The notes under the pieces: generated by a model | Told to the model about the DNA's origin: nothing | Seen by the model: only the letters and a program-made list of their open reading frames with translations | Database searches by the model: none | Shown: positions 12,050-21,889 of the stretch, one piece after another | How the letters are laid out: each line of letters starts with the position of its first letter | How positions within the stretch are numbered: position 1 is the first letter of the stretch | Assembly: GCA_023253175.1 (NCBI GenBank) | Contig: JALRHH010000002.1 | Coordinates: forward strand, 199-64,198 | Origin: Candidatus Saccharimonadia bacterium | GTDB taxonomy: Bacteria > Patescibacteriota > Saccharimonadia > Saccharimonadales > JALRHH01 | Length of the DNA stretch: 64,000 nucleotides | Direction of reading: 5' to 3' | Made by a program: the position numbers and the translations under genes

Positions 12050-13495
12050 TTATCCAACGACGGGTTCTTCGATACGAGGGAAAAGTGTACCATCGATTGG
12101 GCGAACAACGCCTTCTTCGAATACCTGCTTAATCTTAGTAGCTGCGTCCGGCAAGAATGGTAATAGCAATTCGGCAATCTCGAGCAAACAGCTCACCTGG
12201 TATGCCAATACTTCACGGAGATGATCAGTATCACCTGTTTTACTAATCTCCCAGGGCTTTGCTTCATCAATGTACTGGTTCAGTCCCCTGACCTGTTCCC
12301 AGACTTCGTCGAGTGCTCGGTCAAAACGGCACTGCTTCATTGCAGCATCGTATTCACCAACGTCGTGCTCTGCTTCTGGAATTGGACCAATCAGTCCGTT
12401 CTGATAGCGCTGGATCATAGCCGCGGTACGCTGGACAGCATTACCCAGCTCGTTACCGAGTTCGTTGTTGTACGCTTGGTGGAGACGTGCCCAACTGAAA
12501 TCACCGTCCTCATACGATGGGATATGACGGAGGAAATAATAACGGTACGCGTCGACACCATACGCATCGATCACCTGCTTTGGATGAATAACGTTACCAA
12601 GTGACTTACTCATCTTTTTGCCCTCAACGGTAATAAAGCCGTGCACAAAAAGCTGCTTTGGCAGTGGCAAACCAAGCGCCAGCAGCATTCCCGGCCAAAT
12701 TGCAGCATGGAATCTAATAATATCTTTACCAATTACCTGCACATTAGCTGGCCAGAACTCCTTAAAATCCTGGTGTTCCGGGTAACCAAGTACCGTAATA
12801 TAGTTCATCAGCGCCTCGAACCAGACATACATAACCTGCGTCTTGTCGCCCGGAACAGGTACACCCCAGCCGATCTTATCTTTCGGACGAGAGATACTAA
12901 TATCTTTCAAGCCGTCTTTGATCACACTGAGAATTTCTTGCTTGCGGGTTGCAGGCACGATATCAAACGAACCGTCTGTAATAGCCTTTTCAATCTGTCC
13001 GCTATAATTACTGAGCTTGAAGAAATAGTTTTCTTCTTCGATCTTTTCATATGGTCGATCGTGGTTTGGGCAGATACCACCATTTTCTTTTACAACTGCC
13101 TCTGTGAAGAAAGCTTCGTCGCCCGTACAGTACCAGCCCGTGTAAGAATCCTTGTAAATGTCCTTTTCAAGGTTTTTCCATATGATCGCTGCGCGCTGCT
13201 CGTGACCAGGATCGGTCGTACGAATAAAACGATCGTTGCTGACATGCGAAAGTGATGCCAATTCGCGGAACGGAGCGCTCATCTTGTCAGTAAATTCTTT
13301 TGTCGAGATACCAAGCTCGGCTGCCTTTTCTTCAATCTTGCCACCATGTTCGTCACTGCCGGTAGAGAAAATGACAGGCTTACCCTGCTGACGGGCCGCC
13401 CGGGCGAGTACATCTGCCTGCAGCAGCTCCATGCCGTAACCAATGTGGGGTTCGCCGTTTACATAGGGAATAGAAGTTGTGATGTAGTAGTTCAT
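12050..13495 (-). CDS. metG: Methionine--tRNA ligase (short form)
   Basis: Motifs YYITTSIPYVNGEPHIGY, GSDEHG, YVWFEAL and KMSKS. Confidence 0.95.
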   Translation of the reverse strand: MNYYITTSIPYVNGEPHIGYGMELLQADVLARAARQQGKPVIFSTGSDEHGGKIEEKAAELGISTKEFTDKMSAPFRELASLSHVSNDRFIRTTDPGHEQRAAIIWKNLEKDIYKDSYTGWYCTGDEAFFTEAVVKENGGICPNHDRPYEKIEEENYFFKLSNYSGQIEKAITDGSFDIVPATRKQEILSVIKDGLKDISISRPKDKIGWGVPVPGDKTQVMYVWFEALMNYITVLGYPEHQDFKEFWPANVQVIGKDIIRFHAAIWPGMLLALGLPLPKQLFVHGFITVEGKKMSKSLGNVIHPKQVIDAYGVDAYRYYFLRHIPSYEDGDFSWARLHQAYNNELGNELGNAVQRTAAMIQRYQNGLIGPIPEAEHDVGEYDAAMKQCRFDRALDEVWEQVRGLNQYIDEAKPWEISKTGDTDHLREVLAYQVSCLLEIAELLLPFLPDAATKIKQVFEEGVVRPIDGTLFPRIEEPVVG

Positions 13496-13618
13496 TAGTA
13501 GTAGTGTACCTTTGTTTAAGAGATGAATCAAAGCCGGTCAAAGAAATAATATGCCCTAGGGCATCATCATAAACTGAGTAGCTGCATAGATCCTTTGCAT
13601 CGTAGGTCTAGTATAGCA

Positions 13619-13789
13619 CTAATCTGTTGGCTGGCTCGATAGGTGCCATAGATGGCAATAACGGCACTGGTACGCCTTCAGGCTTGCACCGTGCTGCCAG
13701 TCAGCCGCGAGCGCAGTCGACTGCGCATCTTTCTGATTATCAAACACCATCTTTTCGGCGCACGGCAATGCGTCACTATCTTCGTTCAT
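13619..13789 (-). CDS. Small zinc-finger-like protein
   Basis: PCAEK...AYQCRYCHLWHLS; overlaps the trehalase stop. Confidence 0.65.
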   Translation of the reverse strand: MNEDSDALPCAEKMVFDNQKDAQSTALAADWQHGASLKAYQCRYCHLWHLSSQPTD

Positions 13790-15041
13790 CGATAAACTCC
13801 TGGCATAGCCGCTCGAATACGGCATTCGTCCAGCCGAAGCCAGTCTGGGACGGATACACGCCCTTCATTGGTGGCTTATCTGGCTGCACAACATTGTATT
13901 TCTCAAGAAACACGCCATGTTGATTAAACCAATCGAGATTTGTCTTGATCCACTTTCGGGCGATACGCTCTGCGTCAGCATGATAATCATAGCGCTGCAG
14001 ACCTTTTATGATCACGTAATGCAATGGTGCCCAGCCGTTCGGATACGCCCACTGAGTTGGCATGCGTCCTGGCACCATCTGATTAAGCTGCTGACTGTCA
14101 GTCGTCGACAAGCCACCGCGGTGTTCAAAACGACGAAGGGCACGCACCATTTGCCGCGCCTGCTTGTCGTCTGCAATACCGGCCCACATTGGATAAAAAC
14201 CAGCCAAGGATGCAACACTGCCGCGACGTTCTTTGGCGTAGTTATAATCAAAGTACATGCCACGAATATTGCTCCACATCAATTCATCAATAGATTCCTT
14301 ACGGTGAAATGCAGTATTTTCCCATTTGGCAGCCTCTCGCTTGTCATCAAAAATACGCTCTGCACGAGCAAAGTCGATTTCGTATTTGTATAGCAAACTA
14401 TTGAGGTCAACCGGCAGATAATTCAGCGCCTTACGGCTGAAACGCGGCGTCATATCCCAGCCGCTCTCTGCCTCTGCCAAATCATGCAGATAATTAATAT
14501 CGTAATAGCGCGACAATCCCCTATACACTAATCGTGCATTTGGCTTTACGCTACCCATCCAGACAGTCTGGTATTCATCTTTGGCAATATCGATCGCTGC
14601 TTTAAGCCACTTCTTATCAAGCTTGTAGCGGTCATAGAGTTCAAAAATAAACGTTGTTAGAAATGGGGGCTGTGATCGACCGGTCAGGTAAGCCCTCGAT
14701 GCATTTGGAATAATGCCGAGTCTTTTCTGCATTGCGAGCAAGTTCTCGAGCATACCTAGCACCAAATCCTTATGTCCGTCGTCCATCAGGCCAATTGCCA
14801 TGAAGTAGGTATCCCAGTAGTACATCTCATTAAAGTCAAACTCATGACCTTCCTCGTGGGCCGGCACAAGATAGGGCTTTGGCAAGCCGTACAAGCTATC
14901 GTCATCTTTTGGATGATGACGCTCTAATTTCTGCCAATACTGAGCTATATACTGTCTGGCCTCCGCAACATCTGCGGCAGTCAGATCTTCACTGCGGCGA
15001 AAGATTTTTTTCACCAAGGAGCCGGGGTTCTTTTTGATCAT
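13776..15041 (-). CDS. Alpha,alpha-trehalase (GH37)
   Basis: Motifs FNEMYYWDTYF, GRSQPP, AESGWD, QWAYPNGWAP, EKYN and GFGWTN. Confidence 0.92.
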   Translation of the reverse strand: MIKKNPGSLVKKIFRRSEDLTAADVAEARQYIAQYWQKLERHHPKDDDSLYGLPKPYLVPAHEEGHEFDFNEMYYWDTYFMAIGLMDDGHKDLVLGMLENLLAMQKRLGIIPNASRAYLTGRSQPPFLTTFIFELYDRYKLDKKWLKAAIDIAKDEYQTVWMGSVKPNARLVYRGLSRYYDINYLHDLAEAESGWDMTPRFSRKALNYLPVDLNSLLYKYEIDFARAERIFDDKREAAKWENTAFHRKESIDELMWSNIRGMYFDYNYAKERRGSVASLAGFYPMWAGIADDKQARQMVRALRRFEHRGGLSTTDSQQLNQMVPGRMPTQWAYPNGWAPLHYVIIKGLQRYDYHADAERIARKWIKTNLDWFNQHGVFLEKYNVVQPDKPPMKGVYPSQTGFGWTNAVFERLCQEFIDERR

Positions 15042-15094
15042 ATAACTAGCCTACGGCAAACGCAGACAAGCGGTCAAGATCGTAGGTGGGAAAA

Positions 15095-16321
15095 TTATCG
15101 TACAGACACGAATGTCAACGCGTGACCAACGCGGCCCGCACGTCCGGCGCGGCCGATTCGGTGTACGTAGTCTTCGTATGACTGAGGAGTCGAGAAGTTA
15201 ATAACGTGTGTAACGTCAGCGACATCAATACCACGGGCCGCAACGTCTGTCGCAACGAGGATTGAGATATCGCTCTTCTTGAACTTCTGCAGTGCGCGCT
15301 GACGCTGTCCCTGGTTCTTACCACCGTGGATTGCATCAGCCTTGAAACCGCGCTCTACGAGCTCGTCGCTCAGACGTTCTACACTTCGCTGCGTATCGTC
15401 AAAGATAATAACTTTTTCAACTGCTTCGTCCAATAGGATATTGTGAAGCTGGATAATCTTATCACCAGTTGTTTCGTATGCAACGATATCCTGGTGCACG
15501 TTCTCGCTCGTTTCACCCTGCTTCACAGATACACTCACTGGTTCAGTAGAGAAACGGTCAATAAGATCACGAACCTTGCGGTCCATTGTTGCAGAGAAGA
15601 AGAGTGACTGACGATCAGCAGGCATACCACTGAGGATCTCAGTCATGTCGTTAATGAATCCCATGTCGAGCATTCGGTCGACTTCGTCTAAGACAACCGT
15701 ATCGAAATCAGAAAGATCAAGCGTACCGCGTTCCATGTGGTCCTTGATACGACCTGGCGTACCAATCACAACCTGAGGGTTCTCACGAAGGTCACGGAGC
15801 TGAGGGCCCATTGAAGCACCACCAATAAGTAAGGCACCGCGGAGACGGCTTCCCTTGCCAATTTCACGGCATTCTTGTTCAATTTGCTGCGCCAGCTCAC
15901 GGGTCGGCGCCATAATAATTGCACGGCTACCCGGCAAAAGCATCAGCTTGTTGATCATAGGAATCGCAAATGCAGCTGTTTTACCGGTACCAGTATTAGC
16001 GATACCAATCAGGTCGCAGCCCGTCAAAATAACTGGGATAGCCTGGTCCTGAATTGGGGACGGTGTCTCGAATCCCTTATTTTTAAGGTTAGTCTTAATA
16101 AGATCGGCGACCATGAAATCGTCAAACTTATGTGTAGGCACATATTCCTCACGTTCTACTGGCTTTGCAGCCTGCACAAAACGAGATGGGTGAATATAGT
16201 CCTTTTTAGGGCCGCGGCGATTGCCACCCGTGTTACGACGACGGTTGCCCCCAAAACTCTGTCCGCCACTACGGCGGGTATTAGTACGGTTAAATGACCG
16301 TGTTTTAGTCTGATAAGGCAT
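15095..16321 (-). CDS. DEAD-box RNA helicase
   Basis: Q motif, ANTGTGKT, PTRELA, TPGR, DEVD, SAT and HRIGRAGR. Confidence 0.95.
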   Translation of the reverse strand: MPYQTKTRSFNRTNTRRSGGQSFGGNRRRNTGGNRRGPKKDYIHPSRFVQAAKPVEREEYVPTHKFDDFMVADLIKTNLKNKGFETPSPIQDQAIPVILTGCDLIGIANTGTGKTAAFAIPMINKLMLLPGSRAIIMAPTRELAQQIEQECREIGKGSRLRGALLIGGASMGPQLRDLRENPQVVIGTPGRIKDHMERGTLDLSDFDTVVLDEVDRMLDMGFINDMTEILSGMPADRQSLFFSATMDRKVRDLIDRFSTEPVSVSVKQGETSENVHQDIVAYETTGDKIIQLHNILLDEAVEKVIIFDDTQRSVERLSDELVERGFKADAIHGGKNQGQRQRALQKFKKSDISILVATDVAARGIDVADVTHVINFSTPQSYEDYVHRIGRAGRAGRVGHALTFVSVR

Positions 16322-16537
16322 AAAAATAGAATCCTTTTGGTTTGTAGGAATTTCGAATATCCTGGCTTCTAAGGCAAAACTGTCTGACTACGTTTCTTAC
16401 GTTCTATGCCAGGTAGATTGTCTTGATCAAGAGAAACTTGATGATCGGTACGTTCCTGATTAATACATTGATTGTCGATATGAATTCAAGGAAATTAATC
16501 TACGAACAGACCCGGATTCATCAATAACAATACTCTA

Positions 16538-16566
16538 ATATTAGCACAAACCGTTCTAAAAGTCAA
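16538..16566 (-). promoter_or_regulatory. Sigma70-type promoter for the DEAD-box helicase (long 5' UTR)
   Basis: Minus strand TTGACT-17 nt-TAATAT, about 210 nt upstream of the ATG. Confidence 0.55.
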
Positions 16567-16591
16567 TCGAGACCATGCAAATTTTCATCTA

Positions 16592-17155
16592 TTAGCAGTT
16601 AATGCTCTTAAGCTGATTCTTGAGCTGCTGGGTAAGCTGGGCAATAATCAAATCGTGTCTTTTTGTCTCGAGAGATTGGGCAGCTTTCTGTTTAGTACTA
16701 AATGATAGATTGGCGCTACTGTATTTATTTATAATGGATTGCTGGGCTTCTTTGTAACGCGTATCTTCTGCCGCTTGTTTGGCGGTATTTTCACTGAGAT
16801 ATAGCTGTTTAAGCTTTTGGCAGGCGGTCTGATAGGTTGACTCAGTATTAGATGGCATAGCCTGTTCGGCGCTCGTGACGGCTTTTGACGGCTCTACTGC
16901 AATCAGTTCTGTTTGCGAAAGCTCTACTTTGTCTGTTTCCTGGAGTTGTTCTGCCTTCACCTGGCCTGATGTGTCATGTTTGGTTTGTGTAGACGAAGAT
17001 ATATTGGTTTGATGAAATCTCGCAAAGATAATTGCACCAAATGCCAAAATACCAATCACCATAAACAGCAAAAAACCCATGCTGTGCAAGCTTTTTTTCT
17101 GCAGCATACGCGGAAAGTGCCTTCGTTTAACGTTTAAAAAATACCATAAGCCCAA
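16592..17155 (-). CDS. Hypothetical membrane-anchored protein
   Basis: 187-aa ORF with one TM helix and a helical C-terminus; start uncertain. Confidence 0.6.
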   Translation of the reverse strand: MGLWYFLNVKRRHFPRMLQKKSLHSMGFLLFMVIGILAFGAIIFARFHQTNISSSTQTKHDTSGQVKAEQLQETDKVELSQTELIAVEPSKAVTSAEQAMPSNTESTYQTACQKLKQLYLSENTAKQAAEDTRYKEAQQSIINKYSSANLSFSTKQKAAQSLETKRHDLIIAQLTQQLKNQLKSINC

Positions 17156-17245
17156 AGCAAATTTAGTGAAATAAATTACAATCTTTTAGAAAGAAGCATC
17201 ATTGTAAATGTAACTTACGAAAGGTTAGATGCACTGGGTATGCAG

Positions 17246-17518
17246 TTATTGGGCCTTCTGCTCAGCAACGATTGTCTCTATAAACGCTATTTCAGCGAGA
17301 TGTTCGTCAGCTTTTACTCGCTGCTCGGCTATCATCTGCTCGGCATTTTCTGCTACAAATTGCTCATAATCTTCAGCTACCAACCGATCGAAAAGCTCTT
17401 GTATAGTTTTGCCGTCAAGCTGACATAGTCTTGGAATCCACCGGGCAGTGCTAGGCCTCATACGTACGTTTACCTGCCGGGTAAACTTCTCGTCGCCAAA
17501 TTCATTACTCTTCAACAT
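17246..17518 (-). CDS. Small ribbon-helix-helix-like protein
   Basis: TRQVNVRMRPST...LCQLDGKTIQELFDRLV fits a beta-helix-helix pattern. Confidence 0.55.
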   Translation of the reverse strand: MLKSNEFGDEKFTRQVNVRMRPSTARWIPRLCQLDGKTIQELFDRLVAEDYEQFVAENAEQMIAEQRVKADEHLAEIAFIETIVAEQKAQ

Positions 17519-17641
17519 AAATATTACATTACCATTTTTTCATCCATATGTCTAACTGGCAAAAACGTCATGGCGACAATTAGAATCCACGATCAACACA
17601 TCATACTGCGCTGTCGTGTTGACTTTTAAATCCAACGGCTA

Positions 17642-18586
17642 CTACTCGGTCATGCTCTGGGCTGCTGCTAGATAATCATTCAGGATAGCTTCGACTTCGG
17701 GCGGAGTAAGCTTGCTACCACCAACACGCGGGCTACCACCAATGATCGTAGCACCTCCCCACTTATCATCAGTGGCACCTTCCGCTTCATTCAGTCTTGC
17801 GATAAGTGACGGAATGTCAAAAGGTATAAATTCTGATTTCCTACCAATCGTATAGCGCCATTTTCCACCGGCTAGCTCTTGCGCCGCCACGTACGCATCC
17901 ACGCCGTCGACTAGGGCACCTACCCTACCGTCCTTGCCTAATTCCTGTATCATACTCCATGTTTTGCCGCCACCAATCCTCTTGTATCTCGTATCCAATT
18001 CTATAGATTCACCACGGCCCATTAAATGCTGAGAAATACGACTTTCTACACTTTGTATAACCGAACGATATTGCCCATTGTCCTTTTTAGCCATCTCGCC
18101 ACTGGCCCGAAACAGCGTATAAGGCTCGAATACCCATGCCAATTCACCAATGATTTTCAGATTCTTATCATACGGAAAGGCACCAGCAGTAACATCTAAA
18201 GTCCCCGCAACATTGATAAACCTGTTCAAAGCCGGAGAAGGATTTTTTGTTTGGCTCATATTGTTGAGCAGAAACCATGCGGCGCACACATCTTGGTCAC
18301 AGTCATTTACAAACACCTTCGGCGCAAAGACACCCTCAGGGCTAAATGCCTTATCTAGTCCCATTCGGGTGTACATCAGTATCTGTTGGGCAGTCGAGAG
18401 TGTAGCCAGCCTATCAACATCTTCGTGGTGATTGGCATTTAAGTATGGTCCTTCTGCATTATACCGGGGCACACCCGAAACATATCCGTCTAAGGCAATA
18501 GACCCTACTGGATGGGTTACTATAAACTCATCCCAATTTACTGGAGGAACTTCTGATCTAACATGCAGTTCAGCACTCATAAGCAC
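17642..18586 (-). CDS. Hypothetical protein, possibly a DHH-like metal-dependent hydrolase
   Basis: 314 aa with IALDG, NHHE, NDCDQD and C-terminal WGG..IIGGSPR. Confidence 0.6.
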   Translation of the reverse strand: MLMSAELHVRSEVPPVNWDEFIVTHPVGSIALDGYVSGVPRYNAEGPYLNANHHEDVDRLATLSTAQQILMYTRMGLDKAFSPEGVFAPKVFVNDCDQDVCAAWFLLNNMSQTKNPSPALNRFINVAGTLDVTAGAFPYDKNLKIIGELAWVFEPYTLFRASGEMAKKDNGQYRSVIQSVESRISQHLMGRGESIELDTRYKRIGGGKTWSMIQELGKDGRVGALVDGVDAYVAAQELAGGKWRYTIGRKSEFIPFDIPSLIARLNEAEGATDDKWGGATIIGGSPRVGGSKLTPPEVEAILNDYLAAAQSMTE

Positions 18587-18667
18587 ACTGTAACATATTT
18601 ATATATGTGCAGATAAGTCATGAACCCTATGAGGGACGGCTACAAAAATGTCCGCAGGATATCCTGG

Positions 18668-18745
18668 CCCTCACGGGCAGTACCCTCAGATACTCACCAA
18701 AGTAAAAAGCCCATCCTATGATGAGCCTTTTACTTTGGTGGAGCT
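18668..18745. repeat. Direct repeat copy of the tmRNA 3' end plus terminator (att relic)
   Basis: 78 bp matching 19698-19775 with 3 mismatches; includes TGGTGGAGCT, the reverse complement of the tmRNA acceptor end. Confidence 0.9.
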
Positions 18746-18897
18746 TATAGATAAAAGTTGGCATTTATTTGAAGCAGAACTGGGGAGATTGAGAGATTTA
18801 ATGCCCTACGGCGTATGGGAACAAACTCCTATAGTATGCCTGGGGATTAGAGCGCTAAAAAGGGGCTTATGTGTACTGTCATTAAACGAGATCTGAA

Positions 18898-19509
18898 TTA
18901 ATACAAACTATCAAGATCAGCTATAGACTCTCGAATTTGCCTAAGCATTTCATCTTGGTTGAAGCTACGCGGTGCAGAGCTAGGGTCATTAATAAACCCG
19001 TGTGCTCGTTCTATATACTCGCCTACACGACGATTCCGCAGTGTAGTCTTGAGGCTCTGGAGACTAAAAAGTCCTTCTCCTGACGTACCGAGACGAGTCC
19101 AACCCTTAACTTCAATACAGCCCTGATAGTTACCCTCTTCATCTCTGGCGCTTACATTACAAGTTTCAATGTAAGGAAAGTAGTCTCCATCTGAAAGGAA
19201 GATATCAAGCAAGCGATTGATACGCCTGAGCTCTACGTGTGCGGATTCCATTACTTCGCTAGCTTTTCGATCAGGGTCTACTACAGCGTAACCTTTAACT
19301 AGGCTATATACGTAAGATTGGATTTGGTAAGGACCTATGCCCTGCTGCAAATACCACGAGACTACCTCTCTGTCCTGCTCATCAAGCCCTCTGAAGAAAG
19401 TCTCTGCTCTCCCCCCCCCTGAATAATCGGGTATGCCAGAAAGAACCATGCTCGCTGTGTTATGAGCGTCCTGCGGGCGTTCTTGGGGATTTTCGATGCC
19501 TACTGTCAT
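18898..19509 (-). CDS. Hypothetical protein (cargo between the tmRNA-end repeats)
   Basis: 203-aa ORF with no recognised motif. Confidence 0.65.
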   Translation of the reverse strand: MTVGIENPQERPQDAHNTASMVLSGIPDYSGGGRAETFFRGLDEQDREVVSWYLQQGIGPYQIQSYVYSLVKGYAVVDPDRKASEVMESAHVELRRINRLLDIFLSDGDYFPYIETCNVSARDEEGNYQGCIEVKGWTRLGTSGEGLFSLQSLKTTLRNRRVGEYIERAHGFINDPSSAPRSFNQDEMLRQIRESIADLDSLY

Positions 19510-19725
19510 AAAGTTATATCATATAACATATATTCGTAATTTGTAAATGATTGGCAAAACAAAAACCTCTGTGTTAACAGGGTTTAAAGTGCTTATGGTG
19601 GGCACGAACTCTTATTGATCCGCTCGGCAACATTTTGCCAAGCCAAAATGCTCGCAGGGCAAGCAAGGAAAACTCAAACTGCCGCTGGCAGTTCTCACCC
19701 TCACGGGCAGCACCCTCAGATATTT

Positions 19726-19769
19726 ACCAAAGTAAAAAGCCCATCCTATGATGAGCCTTTTACTTTGGT
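19726..19769 (-). terminator. Hairpin downstream of tmRNA
   Basis: Inverted repeat ACCAAAGTAAAA...TTTTACTTTGGT. Confidence 0.7.
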
Positions 19770-20148
19770 GGAGCTGGTGGGTACTGCCCCCACGTCCGCT
19801 AGTTCAACTGATTAGTCTGTCCTACAGGTTTAGGCTATTTAATCACTTCTACAGCTGATAATAGCCAAAACGCAGTAGAAGTTTGATTCTTGTCTTAAGC
19901 CAACTTCGAATCAAGAGTTAGCAGCGTCCAGAAAAATATAAAACGCTATTGTACTATCTGGCATCGAACAAAAGCATTGCTGTTAATTAAATTAAGCAGC
20001 TAGCGCAAAGGCTGCGCGACGTCCGAGAACGTTGTCAACCATTGCTGTAAGTGAATCTTTTGCATCTATTCAGATGTATCTATGACGCTGATAAGCGACC
20101 TGCTGATCTAACCGTTAAAGTCCAACGTCGAGCTTAAAATTCAGCCCC
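19766..20148 (-). ncRNA. ssrA: tmRNA
   Basis: 5' GGGGCTGA...CTCGAC and 3' GACGTGGGGGCAGTACCCACCAGCTCCACCA form the tRNA-Ala-like domain. Internal tag ORF AKDSLTAMVDNVLGRRAAFALAA*. Confidence 0.95.
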
Positions 20149-20210
20149 GTATCATCGACTAAACTGTACTTTAGTCGAATCTCTACTATAACAGATTTAC
20201 ATGCAAAATG

Positions 20211-20642
20211 CTAGTGCTCTCGCTGACAAATAGAGGTGTGTACGGTTGCAAGCAGATCACTGAGCTGCTGTTGCTGTTTTTCTGATAATCCAGCAAATAC
20301 TGGCGCATGATAGTTATTTAAAATCTCAAGTGATCTATCAATAACTTTCGTGCCCTTGGCCGTAAGGTATGTCAGATGTTCGCGGCGGCTACGCGGACTA
20401 ACCTGACTACTAGCTAAACCACCATCAATGAGTAATTTTATCTGACGACTCACACTTGCCTCGGTCTGTCCAAGTCGCTCTGCAAGCGTTTTCTGACGCA
20501 CGCCAGGAGATTCCTGAAGGATAAGTAAAATCTTGAACTGAGAGAATCCGATACCAAGCTGCTCCAAGAGAACCTGGTCGGAGTTACGTGCCAGGACCGA
20601 CGTAATATGATGGAGTAAATAACCAACATTTTGGCTGCTCAT
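20211..20642 (-). CDS. MarR family transcriptional regulator
   Basis: SQFKILLIL...QKTLAERLGQTEASVSRQIKLL...SRRE..LTAKG. Confidence 0.9.
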   Translation of the reverse strand: MSSQNVGYLLHHITSVLARNSDQVLLEQLGIGFSQFKILLILQESPGVRQKTLAERLGQTEASVSRQIKLLIDGGLASSQVSPRSRREHLTYLTAKGTKVIDRSLEILNNYHAPVFAGLSEKQQQQLSDLLATVHTSICQREH

Positions 20643-20683
20643 ATAAACACTTTACTTGTTAAGTATTAACAAAGCAAGTGTTG

Positions 20684-21478
20684 CTACTGGGCGCGATTAG
20701 ACACTACTTTATACAGTGAGTACCATTCCTGAAGTGATAGTTCCTGTGGCCTTGCTGTTGGTTTGATTGTTGCCTGATCAAGGATTTCTTGCACTGCCGG
20801 CTTAGCAAGTTGCAGCCCCCCATTTAATGAATTAAGCAGCGTTTTACGGCGATTACTAAATCCGGCTTTTACTAATCTAAAGAATTGCTTGACGTCTACA
20901 TCAGGGAATAATGGCTCATTCCTACGATTTAAAATAAGGATCTGTGAATCAACCTTTGGCGGGGGTGTAAATAAATGAGCTGGCATGACGAGACCGAGTG
21001 ACGCCTCCCAATAATACTGGGCAGTTACAGAAAGTAAAGACATGCTGCCTGGCTTTGCGGCAACGCGTTCGGCAACTTCTTTTTGAATCAAAATAGCAGC
21101 CGCTACGGGCGGATTACTACTTTCGGAAAGGACCCTTATAAGATTACTGGTAAGGTAATACGGGATATTTGCGACGAGTTTGTAACCAGCAGGTAGTGAG
21201 GTTAGATCGAAGCTCAGAATATCTTGTTCAACAACTTCTAGATTACTTTCCGGGACACGACCAGGTAGTTCTTTGGCAAGCTTCTTGTCAAATTCAACAG
21301 CAATAACCCTATCAGCCCGTTCGCACAACAGCTCCGTCAGTGTTCCAAGCCCAGGCCCAACCTCAAGTACCGTGTCACCGTCCTTAACATCAACCGCCTC
21401 ACACATAGCAGACAAACTCATAAAATCAGTCAGCCAGTGCTGGCCGAGACTTTTGTTAGCGTACGGTAGTTCTTTCAT
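20684..21478 (-). CDS. rsmA: 16S rRNA dimethyltransferase RsmA/KsgA
   Basis: Motifs KSLGQHWL, VLEVGPGLG, VANIPY and PPPKVDS. Confidence 0.95.
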   Translation of the reverse strand: MKELPYANKSLGQHWLTDFMSLSAMCEAVDVKDGDTVLEVGPGLGTLTELLCERADRVIAVEFDKKLAKELPGRVPESNLEVVEQDILSFDLTSLPAGYKLVANIPYYLTSNLIRVLSESSNPPVAAAILIQKEVAERVAAKPGSMSLLSVTAQYYWEASLGLVMPAHLFTPPPKVDSQILILNRRNEPLFPDVDVKQFFRLVKAGFSNRRKTLLNSLNGGLQLAKPAVQEILDQATIKPTARPQELSLQEWYSLYKVVSNRAQ

Positions 21479-21510
21479 CCCCAGTATTGTACCAGTTCCC
21501 TTTACCAGAA

Positions 21511-21789
21511 TTAGTATCCATACTGTTTTGGTGGTTCAGCTGGTAGCGAATCGGGCAAGTCCACTTCCTCATTTACCTTAACAATATTAGCAAGTCCCCT
21601 AAGAGACAGAACCCTTAGGTCCATTCCTGCGATAATCCATGCACTAAACTCTTCATAGTCCATATTAAATACCCCAGGACCCTCAGACCATAACTCTACG
21701 ACACCTACCGTTTGTTCATCTTTTGACCCAATCCAGTCTACTATTCGTTCCAGTGGGTGCCGCTCCGCATGCTCCATACCGTCAACCAT
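21511..21789 (-). CDS. Hypothetical protein
   Basis: 92-aa ORF with an AGGAG RBS. Confidence 0.6.
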   Translation of the reverse strand: MVDGMEHAERHPLERIVDWIGSKDEQTVGVVELWSEGPGVFNMDYEEFSAWIIAGMDLRVLSLRGLANIVKVNEEVDLPDSLPAEPPKQYGY

Positions 21790-21889
21790 AACGTTCTCCT
21801 ACCTATGTTTAATAGTAAAAACCTATATTTTATATAATGCAAGCATAAGGATAATCTCAAAATTATATATCTTTGTCAGGAAAAGCAAT

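Noticed and set aside
18648..18896. 82-aa ORF, and its paralogous 66-aa ORF at 19615-19815
   Set aside because: Their similarity comes from the duplicated terminator and tmRNA end, so they are not independent genes. Only the tail is kept as a possible recombinase relic.
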